Position numbers and translations under genes: made by a program. Of a stretch of 64,000 nucleotides of DNA, positions 9,738-17,721 are shown piece after piece. The stretch lies in assembly GCA_017508425.1 (NCBI GenBank), contig JAFVYZ010000060.1, forward strand, positions 13,252 to 77,251, in the 5' to 3' direction. The stretch comes from Clostridia bacterium. Its GTDB lineage: Bacteria > Bacillota > Clostridia > Oscillospirales > CAG-272. The notes under the pieces are model-generated. The model saw only the letters and a program-made list of their open reading frames with translations. It was not told the origin of the DNA and did no database searches. Within the stretch, counting starts at the first letter, position 1, and each line of letters starts with the position of its first letter.

Positions 9738-10568
9738 TTACAGAAGATCCTTGGTTGCGACGTGATCCATATCGGTGAACTCCTGGTTCTCGCCGCACAT
9801 CGACCAGATGAAGGAATAGTTGCGCGTGCCAACGCCCGAGTGGATCGACCACGAGGGAGAAATAACAGCCTCCTCGTTATGCATAATAATGTGTCTTGTT
9901 TCGGTGGGCTCGCCCATCATGTGGAATACCACGTCGTTCTCGCCCATATCAAGGTAGAAATAAACCTCCATGCGTCTGTCATGCGTGTGGCAGGGCATGG
10001 TGTTCCAGTTCGAGCCGGTCTCAAGCTGCGTGAGGCCCATGGTGAGCTGGCAGCTCTTGATCACCTCAGGGTGAATATACTGGTTAATGACGCGCTTGTT
10101 GCACTCCTCAGCCGAGCCGCAGGGTACCTTTTTAGCCTTGCTGATGTCGATCTTCACGATCGGGTAGGTTGCGTGTGCGGGGCAGGAGCTGACGTAGAAC
10201 TTTGCAGGATCTGCGGGATCTGCGCTCTCGAACACGATCTCCTTGTTGCCCATGCCGATATACATACCGTCACGGGGATTCATCTCGTAAGCAACACCGT
10301 CAACAGTTACGGTGCCCTTGCCGCCTACGTTGATGCAGCCCATCTCACGGCGCTGAAGGAAATATTCAGCCGCGAGCTCCTTGCCTGCTTCAAGCGCGAG
10401 GGGCTTGGTGACAGGCATCACGCCTGCGGTGATGATTCTGTCAATGTGGCTATACACCATTTTGACGTTATCCTTGGTGAAAAGACCGGAGATGTGGAAC
10501 TCCTCGCGCAGTCTTTCGGTTGTGTAATACTTGGCGTCCTTTGCGTTTGCGGGTTGACGAATTTCCAT
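9738..10568 (-). CDS. kduI: 5-dehydro-4-deoxy-D-glucuronate isomerase
   Basis: 276 aa, near-collinear with E. coli KduI (MVYSHIDRII, NTMPCHTHDRRMEVYFY, ISPSWSIHSGVGT). Confidence 0.9.
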   Translation of the reverse strand: MEIRQPANAKDAKYYTTERLREEFHISGLFTKDNVKMVYSHIDRIITAGVMPVTKPLALEAGKELAAEYFLQRREMGCINVGGKGTVTVDGVAYEMNPRDGMYIGMGNKEIVFESADPADPAKFYVSSCPAHATYPIVKIDISKAKKVPCGSAEECNKRVINQYIHPEVIKSCQLTMGLTQLETGSNWNTMPCHTHDRRMEVYFYLDMGENDVVFHMMGEPTETRHIIMHNEEAVISPSWSIHSGVGTRNYSFIWSMCGENQEFTDMDHVATKDLL

Positions 10569-10704
10569 GGTAAATACCTCCTGAAATATTTTTTTACAAT
10601 CCTATTATATCAAATATTTTTTGCAAATTCCTTGCTTGTTTTCACATTTTTATTGCATTTTCAATCATTTTGTGCTACAATCATTCACAAGAGAGGTGAA
10701 TGTG

Positions 10705-11550
10705 ATGAAATGTTTTTTTGACACCTGCCACGAGGCAGTAGCCTACACCACCGAAACCAAAAGCTTCGGAATCTACTTTTCAGAGGAATCAAACCCCACC
10801 TGGCACGTGCACGTACACGACTGCTGTGAGATCTTTTTGTGCCTTGAGGGGGGCAGCACCTTCCTTGTTGACGACAAGGTTTATACGATCAGCGACGGCG
10901 ACCTTTTCGTGATCAACCAGTTTGAGGCGCACAAGGTGGTCGCCAGCAAAGGGAGCAAATTCGTGCGTTATATCTTGCACGTGCACCCTGCCTTTATTTA
11001 CGCCAATTCTCTTGGCGACGTGGGGCTTTCCCCCTGCTTTTTTGCAGCGAACAAGATCACCAAGGTGTCCCCCACAAAGGAGGAGCTTTCAAAACTCGTT
11101 GCCCTGTTTGAGGATATGAAAGCCGAGCACGAATACGGCGACGCGATCTACAAAAGGCTGCGTGCCACCGAGATCCTTTTGGAGGTCAACCGCTTGTTTG
11201 CCACGCACACGACCGCACGCGATAACGCCTTTCGCCACAAGGCTGTCCAGCTTGCCATTGATTACATCAACGGCAACTACGCAAGCGCACTTTCGCTGGA
11301 TGCCGTGGCGAAAAGCGCGTTTGTTTCAGTGGCACAGCTCTCGCGTCTGTTTAACCGCTACTGCGGCACGACGGTGACCAAATATATCGCAGGAAAGCGC
11401 ATCACGGAAGCCAAAAAAATGCTTGCCGAGGGGAGGAGCGTGACGGACACCGCACTCTCCTGCGGCTTTAACGATTACGCAAATTTCATCCGCACCTTCA
11501 AAAAGGCAGTGGGTGTACCTCCCGGCAAATATCGGGCAGACATTCTATAA
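10705..11550 (+). CDS. AraC-family transcriptional regulator (cupin sensor plus HTH)
   Basis: C-terminal AraC HTH (LSLDAVAKSAFVSVAQLSRLF ... GFNDYANFIRTFKK). Start set at ATG 10705 after GAGAGGTG. Divergent from kduI. Confidence 0.85.
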   Translation: MKCFFDTCHEAVAYTTETKSFGIYFSEESNPTWHVHVHDCCEIFLCLEGGSTFLVDDKVYTISDGDLFVINQFEAHKVVASKGSKFVRYILHVHPAFIYANSLGDVGLSPCFFAANKITKVSPTKEELSKLVALFEDMKAEHEYGDAIYKRLRATEILLEVNRLFATHTTARDNAFRHKAVQLAIDYINGNYASALSLDAVAKSAFVSVAQLSRLFNRYCGTTVTKYIAGKRITEAKKMLAEGRSVTDTALSCGFNDYANFIRTFKKAVGVPPGKYRADIL

Positions 11551-11555
11551 AAACA

Positions 11556-11589
11556 GGGCTAAAGCGCAATGTTACGCTTTAGCCCGTTT
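11556..11589. terminator. Bidirectional terminator shared by the AraC gene and the flippase gene
   Basis: GGGCTAAAGCG / CGCTTTAGCCC 11-bp stem then TTTT. It overlaps the flippase stop codon. Confidence 0.65.
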
Positions 11590-13008
11590 TATTTGCCGAA
11601 GTGCCACGCGAAGCTCGGGAAACAGGAGTGCGGCTCCGAGCAAATCCGCAACGACCGCCAACATCAGGTTAATGAACACCGACAAGCGAAGATACACAAA
11701 GAGCGCAAACGCCAAAAGCGGCAAAAAAAGAAGATAGCGGGCACGGAGTTTTAATCCCACGGTACGATAAAGCAGCAAAAGGCGCACCGACACAGTCACG
11801 GTCACCGCAAAGATCAATGCGAGATGCCCCCCGAAGGCACCGCAAGCAGGAATCAACCACCAAATAAGGATCACATTGGAAAGAGCACCGAGCGCGGTGG
11901 TCAAAAAAAGCTTTCCCGTTTGCGCAGTAGCCCCAAACATCGGTTCGAGAAAATCGCAAAATACAGTGAGGGCCGCACCCACGAGTGCTACGGGAATAAG
12001 ATCCCCTGCCGCGGCATAATCGGCGGCGATAAAGCCCGGGAAAAGTGCTAACGCCACACGCGACAACGGAATCAATAAAAAGCACACCGCGAACACGATA
12101 CGCACAAAAAGATCGGTTCGATCACTGTAATAACGTCCGCGCTCCCCTACCGCGTCGGGCATCTCCCCTTTTGCGAAGGCGAGCTCCTGCCAGGCAAGAC
12201 GAAAAGCAAACGAGGCAAATACCACGATTTGTGCAAACTTCAACGAAATGCCAAAGGCACCGCCCGTGGCCTCATCAACCCACAGCGTTACCGCCACGCG
12301 TCCAAACGACGTCAGCACCCAATAGGATGCGGCACTGATCCCGAGCGGCAAGCAAAACCGGAGAATGCAACGCACCGATGAAGAATCGGGTTTCCCTAAG
12401 CGCCACACATTTTTTGAACCAAGCAAAAGCAGCAGCACACCGACCGCGGCCCCCGCTGCGTAAGAAATATAAAGCGACTCTACCCCAAGTCCTGCGCCCA
12501 GGATCAAGGCCAAATTCAGCACGATCTGAACCAAGGTCGAGACAACGCCCGAGGCCGCGTACAAGCGGATGCATCCAGCGGCACGCGCCACCAGTCCCAA
12601 CGCGGCCAAAAGCGCGTTGCACAAGCCGTAAAGGAGAACCAGGGGGAAGCCGGGCAAGCCAAGCATCCCAAAGATCACTCCACCCAATACAAGATAAACA
12701 AACGAAAAGCAAGCGATCAAAACAAGACCAGAGGAGAGTATTTTTCCCTTCTCCTTCTCATCGGTGCCGGCCGATGAAAAGCGAAGAACGCCGACACCCA
12801 CATCAAAAAACACCACCGAAGACAGCAGCACCGCAAAAGCCGTAACGGCCTCGTACACGCCCATATCCCCTGCAGGGATCCTCGCGGTATAGATCGGCAG
12901 CATAAAAAACAATGCCAATTTCGACAAAAAGCTGCCGATAAAATAGGCAAACGAGTGCTTCAAAAAGCGAGCTCCTTCCATTTTATACAAGCCGATCACC
13001 TCCTTCAT
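11572..13008 (-). CDS. Polysaccharide flippase (Wzx / MOP superfamily)
   Basis: 478 aa with at least 12 predicted TM segments and a typical Wzx N-terminus. The true start may be TTG at 12990, downstream of AAGGAGGTGA. Confidence 0.75.
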   Translation of the reverse strand: MKEVIGLYKMEGARFLKHSFAYFIGSFLSKLALFFMLPIYTARIPAGDMGVYEAVTAFAVLLSSVVFFDVGVGVLRFSSAGTDEKEKGKILSSGLVLIACFSFVYLVLGGVIFGMLGLPGFPLVLLYGLCNALLAALGLVARAAGCIRLYAASGVVSTLVQIVLNLALILGAGLGVESLYISYAAGAAVGVLLLLLGSKNVWRLGKPDSSSVRCILRFCLPLGISAASYWVLTSFGRVAVTLWVDEATGGAFGISLKFAQIVVFASFAFRLAWQELAFAKGEMPDAVGERGRYYSDRTDLFVRIVFAVCFLLIPLSRVALALFPGFIAADYAAAGDLIPVALVGAALTVFCDFLEPMFGATAQTGKLFLTTALGALSNVILIWWLIPACGAFGGHLALIFAVTVTVSVRLLLLYRTVGLKLRARYLLFLPLLAFALFVYLRLSVFINLMLAVVADLLGAALLFPELRVALRQIKRAKA

Positions 13009-13021
13009 TTATATCAAAAAA

Positions 13022-14137
13022 TCATTGCCAAAAGAAGCGGTAGGGTAACGCATCATACCAGAGTGCACTTCGACCGAACAGCAGCACCAAAAAATAAGCG
13101 AGGGTCGCGGCAAGCACCAATAGCTCTTCTTTAGGGAAAATAAGATACCGTTTGCCCTCTTTTACGGTGGCAGGCGGCACCGTTGCCGGGAGCCAGAGCA
13201 AATAAAGCACCTCAAAATAATTGAAGATGCGTTGAAGCTGCCCAAAGCGTGTCATCATCGAGGCAACGATCACACCAAGAAGCATCATCAGCGTTAAAAA
13301 GCCCCTTTGATCGATCTTATCCTCGCCGCCCAAGGCAGGGACAGCATCTTTTGCAAAATAAAAGCGATAAACACCGTAAGCGGTGATCAGAGCAAAGACC
13401 GCCAAGTACCAATAAAGAGCGTCAAACGTGGTAGGCTCATACTCGGCATAACGCGGCAAAAGCATCTTTGCAACATGCACGATCGGGCGCACGAACAATG
13501 CGCCAAGCAACGAGAAAAGTACCGTAACGGGTATTAAAACGCGTAATGTTTTTTGAGTTACAGGAATCAAAAGCAGCAACGGGCAAGCGAGGAACAGCAA
13601 TGCACTTGTGTGGAAGGTAGCGGCAAGCAAAACAACTCCCGCATACGGTAAAATCTGCCGTTTTTTGAAAAAATCCCAAGCAAAAAGCAAAACCGCAATG
13701 GCCAACGCCTGCCGCATAATATTGAGGTAAAAGGGGTAGATCATCATCGCGAGATACAAATAAAACGCGAGATAAATATTTTTGGCGTGGCGATAGATAA
13801 AAAATGATACCGAGCCGTGAATGAGCACCGAGCTGACCACGATCAGCCATTGCCCATTGGCGGTAAAGCGCGTGAGCACGTAGCACAAAAGACGGAAGCC
13901 CGGCTCGGCCCAGGTAGAGAGCGCAAAGGTCTCGGTAAAATTACGGATGCGGATACGATCAAAGACACGTTGGATAAAAAGCGTCGTGTCGCGCCCCACC
14001 TCAGGAGCGCGGCAAGCGGCGATAAAGGTAAGGATGAAAAAGCACGCCAAGGCAAAAATACGCCGCGAGCGCGTGGTGTCACGCGGCAAACAAAGACGCA
14101 ATCCAAGCATCAATACCAATGCCACAACGTAGATCAT
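13022..14137 (-). CDS. EpsG-family / Wzy-like polysaccharide polymerase membrane protein
   Basis: 371 aa, polytopic, with an EpsG-like VGRDTTLF motif. Strong RBS GGAGGGGAGGG. Confidence 0.65.
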   Translation of the reverse strand: MIYVVALVLMLGLRLCLPRDTTRSRRIFALACFFILTFIAACRAPEVGRDTTLFIQRVFDRIRIRNFTETFALSTWAEPGFRLLCYVLTRFTANGQWLIVVSSVLIHGSVSFFIYRHAKNIYLAFYLYLAMMIYPFYLNIMRQALAIAVLLFAWDFFKKRQILPYAGVVLLAATFHTSALLFLACPLLLLIPVTQKTLRVLIPVTVLFSLLGALFVRPIVHVAKMLLPRYAEYEPTTFDALYWYLAVFALITAYGVYRFYFAKDAVPALGGEDKIDQRGFLTLMMLLGVIVASMMTRFGQLQRIFNYFEVLYLLWLPATVPPATVKEGKRYLIFPKEELLVLAATLAYFLVLLFGRSALWYDALPYRFFWQ

Positions 14138-14152
14138 CGTTACCCTCCCCTC

Positions 14153-15238
14153 CTATTTCTTCAATTGATAAAAATCGTAAAGCTGTTTTGCCGAGATGTC
14201 CAGTGCGTATCCTGCCGCTATCACGCGCTCGGCAAAAGCGTGTCGGTCATCGGGCAAGAGAGTGCAAAGCGCACGAACCCAGTCATCCTCGTTTTCGGTG
14301 TTCGCAAAGGCAACGATGCCACATAGATCCGCTTCACGTGTCACAGTGCTTGAAACCACTGCGGGAAGTCCTGCGGCGGTCGCCTCCACCAAGGTGATCG
14401 GCAGGCCCTCAAAGCGCGAGGGCAAAATAAAACGGTCCATAGCCGAATAAAGCGCTCCTACGTCGGTACGAACACCAAGAAAGCGCACCGAACCCCGGGG
14501 GAGCAATTCCCCGGCCAACCTTTCGGTAGCGGCTCGCAAGGGCCCGTCGCCGACAAGAAGAAGCACGGCAGTGGGGTCTTTTTTTAAATAAGCACCAAAA
14601 AGAGCGAGTGCCCGTTCGTGATTTTTTTGCGGGCTGAAGCGCGCAACCATACCAACAACGGTTTGATCTTTGTCAATATTCAGCTCTTTTCGCTTCAAAA
14701 GGCGCCACTCTTCACGGTAAGAAAAGTCCCGAACGTCGATGCCGTTTTTTAGGATCCGTGCTTTTGCGTATTGCTTGCCAAACGCCGTCCTTGCGGCATC
14801 GGACCCGCAAGCGAAATAATCGGTGGCGGCGCGGCGTGCCCATGCAAAGAAAACAGTGTGGGCAAGTCTTAAAAGCAAACTCTTCTCACGCCGTGCGGCG
14901 TGAGAATGCTGAATACGACAAGGCACCCCTGCTTTTTTGGCCGCAGAAAGAGCCAAGGCACCCCACTCGGTCGTATGAACGTGTACCACCTCGGGACGGT
15001 AGATCTTGAAAAGCGAGTAAAGTACCCTTTGGTGATGAAGGATCTTTTTGCGTGAGGGTACGAAATGAACCGTTATACCACATTCCCGAAAGCGGTCCGC
15101 ACAAGAAGGGACCGGGGCCTCGTGCGCCACGATGTGAAACTCCACATCCTTTGGCATTTTTGCCACAAGGCGCAATATCAATGTTTCCACACCGCCGTTT
15201 TCAAAGCCCGATATCACGTGAAATACGCGCACGGCCAT
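14153..15238 (-). CDS. Glycosyltransferase, GT4 family
   Basis: VFHVISGFENGGVE N-terminus and a C-terminal EGLPITLVEA motif. Start moved to ATG 15238 after AAGGGGGGG. Confidence 0.85.
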   Translation of the reverse strand: MAVRVFHVISGFENGGVETLILRLVAKMPKDVEFHIVAHEAPVPSCADRFRECGITVHFVPSRKKILHHQRVLYSLFKIYRPEVVHVHTTEWGALALSAAKKAGVPCRIQHSHAARREKSLLLRLAHTVFFAWARRAATDYFACGSDAARTAFGKQYAKARILKNGIDVRDFSYREEWRLLKRKELNIDKDQTVVGMVARFSPQKNHERALALFGAYLKKDPTAVLLLVGDGPLRAATERLAGELLPRGSVRFLGVRTDVGALYSAMDRFILPSRFEGLPITLVEATAAGLPAVVSSTVTREADLCGIVAFANTENEDDWVRALCTLLPDDRHAFAERVIAAGYALDISAKQLYDFYQLKK

Positions 15239-15294
15239 CCCCCCCTTTTGCAAATTCTAAAACCATTATACCTTAAACATTACCAAAAAGCAAG

Positions 15295-15333
15295 AAAAAA
15301 GGAAAAAAGCCTATAAAGGCTTTTTTCCTTTTG
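15295..15333 (-). terminator. Intrinsic terminator after the DUF1385 gene
   Basis: GGAAAAAAGCC / GGCTTTTTTCC hairpin directly after the stop at 15336. Confidence 0.65.
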
Positions 15334-15335
15334 AA

Positions 15336-16364
15336 TCATTCGGCATTCTCCTCAGTCGATGCCACAGACTTATCCTCCTCCGGCATCACGGCCACAAAGG
15401 CCATAATGGCGCATTCGATCATATCGTCATCAGGCTCGCGAACGGTAATGCGTTGCAGCCACATACCGGGTGCTGAAATAATGCGCGTAAAAAGGTTGTC
15501 ATAGCGCCCCGCAAGCTTCAAGAGCTCATAACCAACGCCCATCATTACGGGAATCAGCAGGATCTTCACAGCGGCGCGCACCAAGGTATTGAGTACGCCC
15601 GTAAGCCCCCAAAATTGCACCGGGACAAAAAGACCGATCACAATACTCACCAAAAGCATCAAAATAAGGAATGAAGTACCACAACGAGGATGAAAACGAC
15701 GCTGTGCTCTCACATTTTCAACCGTGAGCGGCAATCCGTTTTCATAGCAAAAGATCGTCTTATGCTCCGCGCCGTGATACATAAACGTACGGCGAATATC
15801 CTTCATAAAGGATACCAAGGCCATATAAAGAACCAATACAAGGATCTTGAAAAGCCCTTCAAACACCGAGCGTGCCAAGCGGCTTTCAGCCAAGCGCTCG
15901 GAGAGCACGTGATCGGCCAAAAGCTGGTAAATAAAGGTCGGGAGCCAAAAGAAAAGACCCAATGCAAGCGCAACGCCGAGGACGGTCGCAATCACCATTA
16001 TGGCCGTCATCGTAGCTTTGCCAAAGGCACTTTTCGGTTCGGTATTCCCCGTCTCCTCTACACCGTCCGCCTTAACGTCGGACGCATCCTCTTCACAAAA
16101 GATCTCGGCGGAACGCATCAAATATTTATAACCAAGCTTCAAGGAGCCGGCAAACGCAAACACGCCGCGTACGATCGGCACGCGTAATATCGCGTGCTTC
16201 TTCTTTTCGTGCTGCTCCTCCTCAAAATAGATGAGGCCGTTTTGACGCCGTACCGCCATCGCACTTTTTTCGGGGCCGCGCATCATAATTCCCTCCATCA
16301 ATGCTTGACCGCCGATGGAGGTTTTGCGGCACGCCATCCCCTTACAGTTTTTTTCCTTTTTCAT
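15336..16364 (-). CDS. DUF1385 family membrane-associated protein (YqhQ-like)
   Basis: The signature IGGQALMEGIMMRGP near the N-terminus plus internal TM segments. Confidence 0.75.
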   Translation of the reverse strand: MKKEKNCKGMACRKTSIGGQALMEGIMMRGPEKSAMAVRRQNGLIYFEEEQHEKKKHAILRVPIVRGVFAFAGSLKLGYKYLMRSAEIFCEEDASDVKADGVEETGNTEPKSAFGKATMTAIMVIATVLGVALALGLFFWLPTFIYQLLADHVLSERLAESRLARSVFEGLFKILVLVLYMALVSFMKDIRRTFMYHGAEHKTIFCYENGLPLTVENVRAQRRFHPRCGTSFLILMLLVSIVIGLFVPVQFWGLTGVLNTLVRAAVKILLIPVMMGVGYELLKLAGRYDNLFTRIISAPGMWLQRITVREPDDDMIECAIMAFVAVMPEEDKSVASTEENAE

Positions 16365-16376
16365 ACTTACCTTTCA

Positions 16377-16410
16377 AAAGCTCGCGCCACCCTGAGGCGG
16401 CGCGAGCTTT
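16377..16410 (-). terminator. Intrinsic terminator after prs
   Basis: AAAGCTCGCGCC / GGCGCGAGCTTT 12-bp stem, 8 nt after the stop at 16418. Confidence 0.65.
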
Positions 16411-16417
16411 ATTTTGC

Positions 16418-17548
16418 TTATTTTTTCAACTGGCTTTGCGACTTCTTGTGCTTGTCAACCAGCTTATGAATGCGCTTCACAGGATCAAGCAGGTTGCTGA
16501 TCGTATCGTCGTGATTCAGGGTATCGATGATGTACGCCACGTACTTGCACATATTGACCTCAACGTACCACTCCTTCGAGAGAAGCTCGGGGGTGCGATA
16601 TACGAGGTTGGTGGTAAAGATGCGATCGATGATCCCATCCTTATGCGCCTGATCAAACTTTTCAAACACATCGGTAAAGAGGCCAAAGGTTGCAAAGTTG
16701 AAAATGCGTCTTGCGCCCTTAGCCTTCAGCTGCTTTGCAACGTCAAGAAGCGACTCACCCGAGGAGATCATATCGTCAACAATGATCACGTCCTTACCGG
16801 TAAGATCCTTGCCGAGATACTCGTGTGCCTCAATGGGGTTTCTGCCATTGACAATGCGCGAGTAATCGCGACGCTTGTAGAACATACCAATGTCAAGGCC
16901 AAGCACCGACGAGAAGTACATGCAACGGCCCATCGCCCCCTCATCGGGCGAGATGATCATCAAATTCTCTTTATCAAGCGAAATATCGGGGTACTGGCGG
17001 ACAAGTGCTTTGATCATTTGGTACGTGGGACGTATGTCATCAAAGCCCGAAAGCGGAATCGCATTTTGAACGCGGGGGTCGTGTGCGTCAAAGGTGATGA
17101 TGTTTTTAACACCCATAGCGACCAATTCCTGAAGCATCAGTGCACAGTCAAGCGACTCGCGGGTGGAGCGCTTGTGCTGACGCCCCTCATAGAGCATCGG
17201 CATAATAATGGATACACGACGTGCCTTGCCTGCAATGGCAGCGATCACACGCTTCAGGTCAGCGTAATGATCATCGGGGCTCATCGGCACCTCTTGACCA
17301 TACATTTTATAGGTAACACCGTAGTTGAAGGGATCGCAAATGATATACACATCGTGGCCACGCATCGAATTGTGCAAAAGGGCTTTCGCCTCACCCGTAC
17401 CGAAACGGGGACAATCAACGCTTGCAAGGAAAGATTCATCACCGCCGTGTCTTCTCCACTCCTTGAGGTAGCTGTCAACCTGGTTGACAAAGCCCTCACA
17501 GCCGCGCATACCAATGACACTAAGTTCACCGAAAAGTGTTTCCTTCAT
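16418..17548 (-). CDS. prs: Ribose-phosphate diphosphokinase family protein (long form)
   Basis: 376 aa with a PRPP-synthetase fold: DAHD, PDEGA, and VIIVDDMISSGESL PRPP-binding loop. Confidence 0.8.
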   Translation of the reverse strand: MKETLFGELSVIGMRGCEGFVNQVDSYLKEWRRHGGDESFLASVDCPRFGTGEAKALLHNSMRGHDVYIICDPFNYGVTYKMYGQEVPMSPDDHYADLKRVIAAIAGKARRVSIIMPMLYEGRQHKRSTRESLDCALMLQELVAMGVKNIITFDAHDPRVQNAIPLSGFDDIRPTYQMIKALVRQYPDISLDKENLMIISPDEGAMGRCMYFSSVLGLDIGMFYKRRDYSRIVNGRNPIEAHEYLGKDLTGKDVIIVDDMISSGESLLDVAKQLKAKGARRIFNFATFGLFTDVFEKFDQAHKDGIIDRIFTTNLVYRTPELLSKEWYVEVNMCKYVAYIIDTLNHDDTISNLLDPVKRIHKLVDKHKKSQSQLKK

Positions 17549-17721
17549 ACTAAACCTCCGCCAGATAAATTAAATGCAGGGCAATTCCTTGCCGATATGT
17601 TAATTATAACATATCTTTTGGGGTTTGAAAAGGTCTTTTGTGAGAAAAAACGGTTTTCGCTGCTTTTTGTTATTTTTCAACATTTACGGCATTGCAAACT
17701 CCGCATTTTTCATAAAATTGA

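Noticed and set aside
8046-10721. 300-aa and 319-aa plus-strand ORFs (8046-8948 and 9762-10721)
   Set aside because: Antisense to the 555-aa gene and to kduI respectively. kduI is near-collinear with E. coli KduI, so the minus strand is the coding one.
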